17,639 nucleotides of DNA from the IMG/VR virus record IMGVR_UViG_3300029076_000068. One strand, written 5' to 3'. Made by a program: the position numbers and the translations under genes. Each line of letters opens with the position of its first letter. Positions within the stretch are counted from its first letter, which is position 1. The DNA is from a virus. Lineage: Duplodnaviria > Heunggongvirae > Uroviricota > Caudoviricetes. Under the pieces are notes generated by a model, which saw only the letters and a list, made by a program, of their open reading frames with translations, was not told the origin of the DNA and did not search any database. This document shows positions 1 to 10,962 of the stretch, piece by piece.

Positions 1-2858
<2,858 letters not shown>

Positions 2859-2884
<26 letters not shown>

Positions 2885-3404
2885 TCAGCAACCCCGGTAT
2901 CAGTTCATCCAGCGCGGCTGCTTTGTTCATGGCTTTGATGATATCCCGTTTCAGGAAATCAACATGTCGGTTTTCCAGTTCCGGAAAACGCCGCTGCACC
3001 GACAGGGGGATCCCGTCGAGAATACTGGCAATTTCACCTGCGATCCGCGACAGCACGAAAGTACAGAATGCGGTTTCCACCACTTCAGCGGAGTCTCTGG
3101 CATTTTTCAGCTCCTGTGCGTCGGCCTGCGCACGCGTAAGTCGATGGCGTTCGTACTCAATAGTCCCTGGCTGGAGATCTGTCTCGCTGGCCTGCCGCAG
3201 TTCTTCAACTTCCCGGCGCAGCTTTTCGTTCTCAATTTCAGCATCCCTTTCGGCATACCATTTTATGACGGCGGCAGAATCATAAAGCACCTCATTACCC
3301 TTGCCACCGCCTCGCAGAACGGGCATTCCCTGTTCCTGCCAGTTCTGAATGGTACGGATACTCGCACCGAAAATGTCAGCCAGCTGCTTTTTGTTGACTT
3401 CCAT
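2859..3404 (-). CDS. Nu1: Terminase small subunit gpNu1
   Basis: 181 aa, MEVNKKQLADIFGASIRTIQNWQEQGMPV... (winged-HTH N-terminus); overlaps A start by 26 nt as in lambda. Confidence 0.95.
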
Positions 3405-3640
3405 TGTTCATTCCACGGACAAAAACAGAGAAAGGAAACGACAAAGGCCAAAAAGCCCGTTTTCAGCACCTGTCGTTTCCTTTCTTTTCAGGGGGTATTT
3501 TAAATAAAAACATTAAGTTACGACGAAGAAGAACGGAAACACCTTAAACCGGAAAATTTTCATAAATAGCGAAAACCCGCGAGGTCGCCGCCCCGTAACC
3601 TGTCGGATCGCCGGAAAGGACCCGAAAAATGATAATAATT
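3405..3640 (-). other. cos site (cosB with Nu1 R-sites, cosN, cosQ) of lambda type
   Basis: Reverse complement of 3541-3593 reads GGGCGGCGACCTCGCGGGTTTTCGCTATTTATGAAAATTTTCCGGTTTAAGG, the lambda left end as recalled. The 12-nt cohesive end GGGCGGCGACCT is at plus 3582-3593; 3594-3624 matches the lambda right end (..CGATCCGACAGGTTACG). Confidence 0.85.
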
Positions 3641-3792
3641 ATCATCTACATGTCACAACGTGCATCTACGCCATCAAACCACGTCAAATAATCAATTATG
3701 ACGCAGGTATCGTATTAATTGATCTGCATCAACTTAACGTAAAAACAACTTCAGACAATACAAATCAGCGACACTGAATACGGGACAACCTC

Positions 3793-4026
3793 ATGTCAAC
3801 GAAGAACAGAACCCGCAGAACAACAACCCGCAACATCCGCTTTCCTAACCAAATGATTGAACAAATTAACATCGCTCTTGATCAAAAAGGGTCCGGGAAT
3901 TTCTCAGCCTGGGTCATTGAAGCCTGCCGCCGGAGACTGTGCTCAGAAAAAAGAGTTTCTCCTGAAGCAAACAAAGAAAAGAGTGACATTACTGAATTGC
4001 TCAGAAAACAGGTCAGACCAGATTGA
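3793..4026 (+). CDS. ylcI: DUF3950 / YlcI-like small protein with predicted ribbon-helix-helix DNA-binding fold
   Basis: 77 aa; RNIRFPNQMIEQINIALDQKGSGNFSAWVIEACRRRL fits the RHH pattern (beta strand, helix, G-x-S turn, helix). Resembles the DLP12 ylcI product as recalled. Confidence 0.6.
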   Translation: MSTKNRTRRTTTRNIRFPNQMIEQINIALDQKGSGNFSAWVIEACRRRLCSEKRVSPEANKEKSDITELLRKQVRPD

Positions 4027-4068
4027 AGCAATTTAGATAATCGTGCAGACTACGCCCCCTCATATCAC

Positions 4069-4494
4069 ATGGAAGGTTTATCTATGGATCAGGTAGTCAT
4101 TTTTAAACAAATATTTGATAAAGTTCGAAACGATTTAAACTATCAATGGTTTTATTCTGAGCTAAAACGTCACAATGTCTCACATTACATTTACTATTTA
4201 GCCACAGAGAATGTTCATATTGTATTAAAAAATGATAATACAGTGTTATTAAAGGGCCTAAAAAACATTGTGTCTGTCAAATTTTCAAAGGATAGGCATC
4301 TTATAGAAACGACCTCTAATAAGCTGAAATCCAGAGAGATCACATTTCAGGAATACAGAAGAAACCTTGCTAAAGCAGGAGTTTTTCGGTGGGTTACAAA
4401 TATCCACGAACAAAAAAGATATTACTATACCTTTGATAATTCATTACTCTTTACTGAAAACATACAGAGCACATCACAAATGTTTCCACACTAA
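4069..4494 (+). CDS. ybcV: DUF1398 / YbcV-like protein (AT-rich moron)
   Basis: 141 aa, ...[45 protein letters not shown]...; resembles DLP12 YbcV as recalled. Alternative start at Met 6 (4084). Confidence 0.6.
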   Translation: MEGLSMDQVVIFKQIFDKVRNDLNYQWFYSELKRHNVSHYIYYLATENVHIVLKNDNTVLLKGLKNIVSVKFSKDRHLIETTSNKLKSREITFQEYRRNLAKAGVFRWVTNIHEQKRYYYTFDNSLLFTENIQSTSQMFPH

Positions 4495-4988
4495 ACCATA
4501 ACGTCCGGTTTCTTCTACCCCTGCACCGGACTGGCTGACATGAAGAGCAACCCCGCGTTCAGTTGACGCGTTAATAACCCGGTGTGCATCGTTTTTGATT
4601 ATTCCCGCACACTCACGCAGAAGGAATTCCCCGTCGGGCTACGGTCATGGTTAATGCGGGAATACGGCGACGATACAGCGCATGATGTGTCAGGCTTGAA
4701 TACCTTTATCCGTTAAAAGGGATATCAGTTAAGTTATCCCGTGTAGGGTATAAGCCATTGTCGAGACCACTCATTGAATGGCCTCTGCAATAACCGATGT
4801 CTTTCCATCAGTCCGCCACCACAAAGAATCTTTTTTGCCTTAAGGCAGGAGCTTCATCTTTCAGTGGCTGCCAGTGTTATTTCCCCACTTACTGGCTTGG
4901 GTTGTTTCGTGGTACTGCCGTTAACTGGTGGCCCAGAATAAATTCCGGTTTCATTATCAAGCCCACCCGTAAATGGGCTTTGTAATGG

Positions 4989-5264
4989 CTACTTCACTTT
5001 TGCTTTTGCTTTTGCTTTTGCTTCCGCTCGCTTATGCCGGCGCTCTTCTTTCCTCTCGGCTTTTGCCATGTCCATGAATGCCTGCATGATCGAGTTCCGC
5101 ATCATGTAGCTAACAAAGTGATGATTGACACAGCCGTTGAGGCGCAGCTGCTCGCCAAACTCATCCACCGAGGCCAATGCTTCCATCATGCCCTTCTCGC
5201 CTTTCATGAACTCTGAGAAGTCGCGCCCCGCTCTGGAGGCGCATTCAATGACACGATCACTCAT
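4989..5264 (-). CDS. Hypothetical small protein with C-terminal (AK)n tail
   Basis: 91 aa ORF; its ATG overlaps the stop of the upstream KilA-N gene (ATGA). C-terminus AEAKAKAKAKVK is encoded by a hexanucleotide repeat. Confidence 0.5.
   Translation of the reverse strand: MSDRVIECASRAGRDFSEFMKGEKGMMEALASVDEFGEQLRLNGCVNHHFVSYMMRNSIMQAFMDMAKAERKEERRHKRAEAKAKAKAKVK
4997..5020 (-). repeat. Tandem hexanucleotide repeat (CTTTTG)x4 on plus, encoding (AK)n
   Basis: cttttg cttttg cttttg cttttg, followed by a degenerate unit; lies in the 3' end of the 4989-5264 ORF. Confidence 0.9.
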
Positions 5265-5758
5265 CCCGGAAGCCCGGGGATCGTAATCTGCAGCTGGTTA
5301 GCCAGGGAGTTAATCTCAGCGACCAACACTGGCTTCGTATAGCGCCATGCTGCCAGCCCTTGTCCGCAGAAGCTCGCCATGTCTTTCTTCTGGTCAAACT
5401 CATGACATTTCATGTTGAGCTGCGCACTTAAGCTGTTGCGATGCTGAAGTTCTCCGGTGAAGTAGTCATCGAGGACTTTATAGGCCGCGTACTTGAACCC
5501 GGGGTTTAACCAAGCCGCATAATCGTAAGCAACAAACTTCCCGCCATATGTTCCACCGTGTACACCGCGCTCAGTAAAAACCACAGATTCGTGGTTTTTC
5601 TCCAGCTCGGCTAAGAACTCTTTGGTCTGCTTGTTTCGCAGATAGTGGTACGGCGATTCAGATTCACTTTTACCACTAGCTTTCCACATGTCAGTGAGGC
5701 AGATCATGCCATCTTCACCGATACGAATTGGTTGATTGAAGAGGGTTAATGATTTCAT
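5261..5758 (-). CDS. KilA-N domain protein
   Basis: 165 aa; IRIGEDGMICLTDMWKASGKS...KQTKEFLAELEK...ERGVHGGTYGGKFVAYDYAAWLNPGFKYAAYKVLDDY fits the KilA-N pattern. Confidence 0.65.
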   Translation of the reverse strand: MKSLTLFNQPIRIGEDGMICLTDMWKASGKSESESPYHYLRNKQTKEFLAELEKNHESVVFTERGVHGGTYGGKFVAYDYAAWLNPGFKYAAYKVLDDYFTGELQHRNSLSAQLNMKCHEFDQKKDMASFCGQGLAAWRYTKPVLVAEINSLANQLQITIPGLPG

Positions 5759-5959
5759 AGCGTGTACCTACTCTTTGAAATGAACCTTTGCCGCACAGGA
5801 AACCAGCCCACCGAGGCTCGCCAGCACTAACTGGTATCCTCAAAGGCCCATTCCAAAGGGGCAGGTTCGGTGTAAAAAACATGCGTTGCGGTACGCATTT
5901 ATTGCAAAAAGCCCCGCATCGCGAGGCTCATTAAATGGACTTTGTGATTTGCAAAAAAA

Positions 5960-6430
5960 TTATTTCAGGCATTGCGTCCTGATGTATTCCTGCAGGTAGT
6001 TAACCTGCGCGGTTATCTTGTCGATTCCACTTCGGAGACGGTAATAATTGAGTTCAGCATCTGCTGTAAGTCCTGGGCTTTCTCCATCGCCCATGCCGCT
6101 GGCTCCGGTCGTTGACTTTGCACAGGTGGCGGCGACTTGCAGGCGCTTACGCCCAGCAGAAACATCAGCACGGAGACTTTCGATAGTCGCGTTAGCATCA
6201 GCAAGCTCCTTTGTGTATCTTGCGTCGAGTTCTGCTACATCACGTTGACGCTTCCGCATGTCAGCGATGGTGGCGTTCGCCTTCTCCAGTTCACTGGCCT
6301 TGTTATCGCGCTGCTCTTTGTAGGCGATTGCGTTATCACGGTAATGATTAACAGCCCATGACAGGCAGACGATGATGCAGATAACCAGAGCGGAGATAAT
6401 CGCGGTTACTCTGCTAATTGTTTCCCCCAC
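5960..6430 (-). CDS. rzpD: Spanin inner-membrane subunit Rz (i-spanin)
   Basis: 156 aa; N-terminal TM ([20 protein letters not shown]) then coiled-coil-like region; similar to lambda Rz. Track start is GTG at 6428-6430, so the start codon is uncertain. Overlaps endolysin 3' end. Confidence 0.8.
   Translation of the reverse strand: MGETISRVTAIISALVICIIVCLSWAVNHYRDNAIAYKEQRDNKASELEKANATIADMRKRQRDVAELDARYTKELADANATIESLRADVSAGRKRLQVAATCAKSTTGASGMGDGESPGLTADAELNYYRLRSGIDKITAQVNYLQEYIRTQCLK
6013..6204 (-). CDS. rzoD: Spanin outer-membrane lipoprotein Rz1 (o-spanin), embedded in Rz in the +1 frame
   Basis: 63 aa; signal peptide with lipobox-like LLGVSAC followed by proline-rich [12 protein letters not shown]; fully nested inside Rz. 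Confidence 0.7.
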   Translation of the reverse strand: MLMLTRLSKVSVLMFLLGVSACKSPPPVQSQRPEPAAWAMEKAQDLQQMLNSIITVSEVESTR

Positions 6431-6912
6431 AAACAGATTTCACGCTCAATCTCACGACGAGTCATGAGACCTTTCCATTGCTTACCGCCAGCATATGTCC
6501 AGCGACGTAGCTGATCACATGCGCCTTTGATATCGCCCTGGTTTATTTTGCGAAGAAGCGTCGATGTTCTGAAATTGCCAGCACCCACGTTGTAAACGAA
6601 TGAGTAAAGAGCGCCGCGCGTTGTTTCCGGTATATCGACTTCGATGTACGGGTTAATTTGTCTGGCGACAGTGGCAAGGTCTTTATTCAAGAGTGCTTTG
6701 CATTCTGCTTTGGTATACGTTTTACCGAGCATGATGTCTTTTCCTGTATGCCCGTGACATACAGTCCATACACCAACAATATCTTTGTATGGTATGTAGC
6801 TGACACCTTCCAGACCATCGTTACCACTTGGGCCAGTGATTAACACTGATGCTATAGCAATTGCTCCGCCACCAATAGCAGCAGCAACGGCTTTTCGTAA
6901 TGATGGAGGCAT
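6406..6912 (-). CDS. rrrD: SAR endolysin (phage 21 R-type lysozyme)
   Basis: 168 aa; N-terminal Gly/Ala-rich signal-anchor-release segment [17 protein letters not shown]; rest resembles P21 / DLP12 lysozyme as recalled. Confidence 0.9.
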   Translation of the reverse strand: MPPSLRKAVAAAIGGGAIAIASVLITGPSGNDGLEGVSYIPYKDIVGVWTVCHGHTGKDIMLGKTYTKAECKALLNKDLATVARQINPYIEVDIPETTRGALYSFVYNVGAGNFRTSTLLRKINQGDIKGACDQLRRWTYAGGKQWKGLMTRREIEREICLWGKQLAE

Positions 6913-7127
6913 TATTCACCTCTCGCAGCCTTGCGCTTATCTTCTTTAATCTTGAAATAAAGGTTTGTCAGGTACGTCAGCAGGCCAAATACCAGGCTAC
7001 CCAGCACACCTATTGCTGCCCACTGTGAGGGCGTGACTTTATCGAGCAGCTGTAAAAACCAGTAACCGGCACTACCTGCTGAGGTGCCATAGGCGACACC
7101 CGTTGTTAACTTATCCATGGATTTCAT
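6912..7127 (-). CDS. essD: Pinholin (phage 21 S-type holin) with dual-start motif
   Basis: 71 aa, [31 protein letters not shown]...; two TM segments; Met1-Lys-Ser-Met4 dual start typical of antiholin/holin pairs. Confidence 0.9.
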
Positions 7128-7237
7128 AACCCCACCTCGCAGACAAAGCGGGTGTAAATTGAGGGAATACTACGAAACGTAACAGACTCGGAGTCAGTGA
7201 ATAACTCAGGTATTGGGTTATCAGCTAATATCGAGAC

Positions 7238-7272
7238 TCAAAAAATGGAAAAACCCGCTCGACGGCGGGTTT
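7238..7272 (-). terminator. Candidate intrinsic terminator, minus-strand oriented, upstream of the holin
   Basis: Stem AAACCCGC (7251-7258) / GCGGGTTT (7265-7272), loop TCGACG. On the minus strand the hairpin is followed by TTTTTCCATTTTTT. Confidence 0.45.
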
Positions 7273-7610
7273 AAGCTGTGTGACGAAGTAACCACTCTTA
7301 ACAGCATAACCAATTTTTTACGTACGTAAACCACAAAATGATATTTGCGAGAATGCTACCGAGTATTGAAAACACCACTACAAATACATAAGCAAATCTC
7401 AACAAATAACCAACAAATAATTTCCAGTGTTATTTTCAGCCGATTTAAATTGAACCTTCAAATTACAGAGCACTTATAAATAACAGCCGTTAATATAAAT
7501 TGGCTAATAGATTTATTTTTATTCAGCCAAGAGCCATGAATAGGATTCGATAGAAAAAAGTTCAGATAAAAATAGAGATCTACTTCACAAATCAAACGAG
7601 AAACCAAAAC

Positions 7611-7624
7611 TTACATCTTGAAAT
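7611..7624 (+). promoter_or_regulatory. OmpR-box-like element upstream of the porin gene (speculative)
   Basis: TTACATCTTGAAAT resembles the ompC C1 OmpR site TTACATTTTGAAAC as recalled; about 80 bp upstream of the porin ATG. Confidence 0.25.
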
Positions 7625-7700
7625 AATCACATTGATTAGATGAATATTTATCGCGCAGTGACATCATTTTTTAATAATAGTTCAAAAAAAAGGGCTCACG

Positions 7701-8798
7701 ATGAAAAAATTAACAGTGGCAATTTCTGCTGTAGCTGCATCAGTACTGATGGCGATGTCTGCTCAGGCAGCTGAAATTTATAATAAAGACAGTAACAAGC
7801 TGGATCTGTACGGGAAAGTTAATGCTAAGCACTACTTCTCCTCTAATGATGCAGATGATGGTGATACTACTTATGCCCGTCTTGGCTTCAAAGGTGAAAC
7901 CCAAATCAACGATCAACTGACTGGTTTCGGTCAGTGGGAATATGAATTCAAAGGCAACCGCGCTGAATCTCAAGGTTCCTCCAAAGACAAAACCCGTCTT
8001 GCATTTGCAGGCCTGAAATTCGGTGACTACGGCTCAATCGATTACGGCCGTAACTACGGTGTAGCATACGACATCGGTGCGTGGACTGACGTTCTGCCAG
8101 AATTCGGTGGCGATACCTGGACCCAAACAGATGTGTTCATGACTGGTCGCACCACTGGTGTTGCAACCTATCGTAACAACGACTTCTTTGGTCTGGTTGA
8201 TGGTCTGAACTTTGCTGCTCAGTACCAAGGCAAAAACGATCGTAGCGATTTCGATAACTACACTGAAGGTAACGGTGATGGCTTCGGTTTCTCTGCTACC
8301 TATGAATACGAAGGATTCGGTATCGGTGCAACTTATGCGAAATCTGATCGTACCGACACTCAAGTTAATGCAGGGAAAGTTCTTCCTGAAGTATTTGCTT
8401 CCGGTAAAAATGCAGAAGTTTGGGCCGCAGGTCTGAAATATGACGCTAACAACATTTACCTGGCCACTACCTATTCTGAAACCCAGAATATGACTGTATT
8501 TGCTGATCACTTCGTTGCTAATAAAGCCCAAAACTTCGAAGCTGTTGCACAATATCAGTTCGATTTCGGTCTGCGTCCGTCCGTTGCTTACCTGCAATCT
8601 AAAGGTAAGGATCTTGGAGTATGGGGCGATCAGGACTTAGTCAAATATGTTGATGTAGGTGCAACCTATTACTTCAACAAAAATATGTCTACTTTCGTTG
8701 ATTACAAAATCAACCTGCTTGACAAAAATGACTTCACTAAAGCACTCGGTGTAAGCACTGATGACATCGTTGCTGTAGGTCTGGTTTACCAGTTCTAA
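7701..8798 (+). CDS. nmpC: OmpC-family general porin (NmpC/OmpD-like), intact, antisense to the late operon
   Basis: 365 aa; signal peptide [23 protein letters not shown] then [17 protein letters not shown]...; C-terminal ...VGLVYQF beta-barrel motif; SD AAGGG upstream. Confidence 0.9.
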   Translation: MKKLTVAISAVAASVLMAMSAQAAEIYNKDSNKLDLYGKVNAKHYFSSNDADDGDTTYARLGFKGETQINDQLTGFGQWEYEFKGNRAESQGSSKDKTRLAFAGLKFGDYGSIDYGRNYGVAYDIGAWTDVLPEFGGDTWTQTDVFMTGRTTGVATYRNNDFFGLVDGLNFAAQYQGKNDRSDFDNYTEGNGDGFGFSATYEYEGFGIGATYAKSDRTDTQVNAGKVLPEVFASGKNAEVWAAGLKYDANNIYLATTYSETQNMTVFADHFVANKAQNFEAVAQYQFDFGLRPSVAYLQSKGKDLGVWGDQDLVKYVDVGATYYFNKNMSTFVDYKINLLDKNDFTKALGVSTDDIVAVGLVYQF

Positions 8799-8936
8799 TC
8801 TGATTACGAAAAAGATATGTTGCGGGAGGCGTTGCCTCCCCAACATATAAGTGGCTCCCTCAAGCCACTTCCTTTAGAAGCACAACCTTGCTTCTAACTA
8901 TATAAACCTTCTGTTATATATTACCCTTTATTTTTG

Positions 8937-8970
8937 GGGGCGTCTCAACGCCCCATTTTTAATAATTTTT
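8937..8970 (+). terminator. Candidate intrinsic terminator (plus-oriented, probably for the porin gene)
   Basis: Stem GGGGCGT (8937-8943) / ACGCCCC (8948-8954), loop CTCA, followed by ATTTTTAATAATTTTT. Confidence 0.5.
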
Positions 8971-8987
8971 AGTAAACAATTGGCATA

Positions 8988-9371
8988 TTAATTAGAGTTA
9001 TTAACAACGATATCCATCTCTAACCGGATATCTAATGCCATTAACATCCCTTCAATTATGCCCTCAGCCTTCTGTAACCTTTTCCCGATATAACCATCAG
9101 AGCAGCAATGCTTACCTGCCAGTGACATGAATGTCATACCGACTACATAATAATCTACTAATAAATCGTGCAAATCGCTGTTGTTCTTTTTCAGACGGGC
9201 CATGCACCCGCAAATGATCATCGCGTCATCGTCACAACATTGCGGGCGAGATTTTACTTTTGAAGTAATTAATCCCTTAAAACCGGCGGCAATGGACGAC
9301 CAGGTCACATCTTCATGATTATTAGCCGCCCACGCTCCCCAACGCTCAAGAACCATCTGAATATCACGCAT
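8988..9371 (-). CDS. quuD: Late-gene antiterminator Q (phage 82 / DLP12 QuuD type)
   Basis: 127 aa from ATG at 9369-9371, [24 protein letters not shown]... with Cys-rich zinc-binding region [13 protein letters not shown]. The track ORF begins at an upstream TTG (9386). Confidence 0.85.
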   Translation of the reverse strand: MRDIQMVLERWGAWAANNHEDVTWSSIAAGFKGLITSKVKSRPQCCDDDAMIICGCMARLKKNNSDLHDLLVDYYVVGMTFMSLAGKHCCSDGYIGKRLQKAEGIIEGMLMALDIRLEMDIVVNNSN

Positions 9372-9456
9372 CAACTTACTCCACAAAAATCAGACCAAAA
9401 CGCCAATTACAAGCAAAAATCAACAAAACAGTATTAGTTGATTGTTATCTCTGACT

Positions 9457-9579
9457 TCATACTCCTGCTCCTGTCAGGGTTTTGGCGTAATTCTTCAGTA
9501 TTCGGTAATCGGTCAAAACAGAACCGGGGAAACGATATAAGCGCAGACGCCCCCAGCGGTGGCGAAGAAGTTCTGCCAT
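9457..9579 (-). CDS. ylcG: Small YlcG-like ORF (40 aa)
   Basis: Hand-translated: MAELLRHRWGRLRLYRFPGSVLTDYRILKNYAKTLTGAGV*. Sits between rusA and Q as ylcG does in DLP12; below the ORF-track size cutoff. Confidence 0.5.
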   Translation of the reverse strand: MAELLRHRWGRLRLYRFPGSVLTDYRILKNYAKTLTGAGV

Positions 9580-9593
9580 ATTAAACTCAAACA

Positions 9594-9956
9594 TCATTCA
9601 TTCCCCATTTCGGTGATGGTCAGTTCCAGCCTCCCACCTTTGGTAACAGGCATCTTCACAACGCGGTAATCAACGACCTGAGCATCATCCAGCCAGAAAC
9701 CTGCTTTAGTGAGTGCGTCAAAAGCGGCTTTTTGCAGATTATCCAGGTCACGGCGACGGCGATCCGGCATGTGGCACTCAATGCGGATTTTCACAGGCAT
9801 AGCCAGGCCGATATCCAGCATTGCGTTTTTAATGATTCGGGCGACGTTATCGCGGTATGCCTGCCCCTCTGCGCTGATGTGCGTGCGCCCGCGATTATGG
9901 CGGTAATAGCGATTATTGCTCGGAGGCCAGGGTAATGTGATGCTGTAGGTATTCAC
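9594..9956 (-). CDS. rusA: Holliday junction resolvase RusA
   Basis: 120 aa, [38 protein letters not shown]...; GTG start at 9954-9956. Confidence 0.9.
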   Translation of the reverse strand: MNTYSITLPWPPSNNRYYRHNRGRTHISAEGQAYRDNVARIIKNAMLDIGLAMPVKIRIECHMPDRRRRDLDNLQKAAFDALTKAGFWLDDAQVVDYRVVKMPVTKGGRLELTITEMGNE

Positions 9957-9959
9957 GCC

Positions 9960-10073
9960 TTAATAACCCCCTCTTTCAGCCAGATAGACGGCCTGCTGTG
10001 AAACTTCGCAGGCAGCGCCTAGTTTCTTTTGTGAACCAACGATATTGATCGCTGTTTTGATGGCTGGGTTCAT
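9960..10073 (-). pseudogene. Truncated Cro/YdaS-family HTH ORF (37 aa), divergent from cI
   Basis: Hand-translated: MNPAIKTAINIVGSQKKLGAACEVSQQAVYLAERGGY*; carries only the HTH segment. Its stop is in frame with, and one codon upstream of, the rusA GTG start. Confidence 0.45.
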
Positions 10074-10177
10074 AACAACCTCCGTGGTTAATTTGAATCA
10101 AGATTAAAACTATGGTTTTTTTTAGTCAACAACCATTTTCGTTTGATGAAATAAAACCTTGGTTGTACATTTGGACT
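10074..10177. promoter_or_regulatory. Divergent cI/cro-like promoter-operator region (oR-like)
   Basis: Inverted ACAACCA (10129-10135) / TGGTTGT (10160-10166) plus near-palindrome TTGAATCAA (10093-10101); lies between divergent repressor and cro-like starts. The same ACAACCA motif recurs at 12578-12584. Confidence 0.4.
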
Positions 10178-10867
10178 ATGAAAACAACACTCTCAGAAAG
10201 ACTTAAAGAAGCCAGATTAGCGCGAGGCCTTACACAAAAGGCGCTTGGGGATTTGGTCGGGGTTAGCCAAGCAGCTATTCAGAAAATCGAAACAGGGAAA
10301 GCTAACCAAACAACTAAAATCGTGGAGATCGCGAACGCTTTGGGTGTGCGCGCAGAATGGTTATCTTCTGGCGTTGGAAATATGTCAGACAGTACAGTGC
10401 AACCAATACAAACAACTGTCAGCCATTCCAAATACTTTAAGATTGACGTTCTTGATATCGAAGTGAGTGCCGGGCCGGGAGTCATCAACCGTGAGTTTGT
10501 AGAAGTTCTACGTTCGGTTGAGTATTCGTTTGACGATGCTCGTCACATGTTCGATGGCAGGAAGGCGGAAAATATCCGTATCATTAACGTACGCGGTGAC
10601 AGCATGTCAGGAACGATCGAACCAGGTGATCTGCTGTTCGTTGATATCACTGTTAAATCTTTCGACGGTGATGGTATCTATGCGTTTCTGTACGACGACA
10701 CAGCCCATGTAAAGCGCCTGCAAATGATGAAGGATAAACTGCTGGTTATCTCTGATAACAAGAGCTACTCACCGTGGGACCCAATCGAGAAAGACGAGAT
10801 GAACCGGGTATTCATCTTCGGGAAAGTCATCGGGAGCATGCCGCAGACGTATAGGAAGCATGGATAA
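10178..10867 (+). CDS. CI-type prophage repressor (HTH_XRE N-domain + LexA/S24 autopeptidase C-domain)
   Basis: MKTTLSERLKEARLARGLTQKALGDLVGVSQAAIQKIE (HTH); Ala-Gly cleavage site in EVSAGPGV; Ser nucleophile in VRGDSMSGTIEPGDLLFVD; Lys in HVKRL. The track ORF starts at 10112; an HTH at the N-terminus favours 10178. Confidence 0.85.
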   Translation: MKTTLSERLKEARLARGLTQKALGDLVGVSQAAIQKIETGKANQTTKIVEIANALGVRAEWLSSGVGNMSDSTVQPIQTTVSHSKYFKIDVLDIEVSAGPGVINREFVEVLRSVEYSFDDARHMFDGRKAENIRIINVRGDSMSGTIEPGDLLFVDITVKSFDGDGIYAFLYDDTAHVKRLQMMKDKLLVISDNKSYSPWDPIEKDEMNRVFIFGKVIGSMPQTYRKHG

Positions 10868-10962
10868 TTCGACATAAATTCAACAAGTTAACTTTGGCTT
10901 CAAAAAAGCATCGATAACATTGCATTATATTTTTCCTTTTGTCTAACTTAAAAGGATGAACA

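Noticed and set aside
4797-4985. 62-aa plus-strand ORF
   Set aside because: No SD, no recognisable motif, in a region that looks non-coding.
4495-4988. About 500 bp without a track ORF; looked for a bor-like lipoprotein or other gene
   Set aside because: Only short broken reading frames on either strand; possibly a degraded gene remnant, but nothing supportable.
8034-8597. 187-aa minus-strand ORF
   Set aside because: Antisense to the porin gene; the porin frame has signal peptide and barrel motifs, this one has none.
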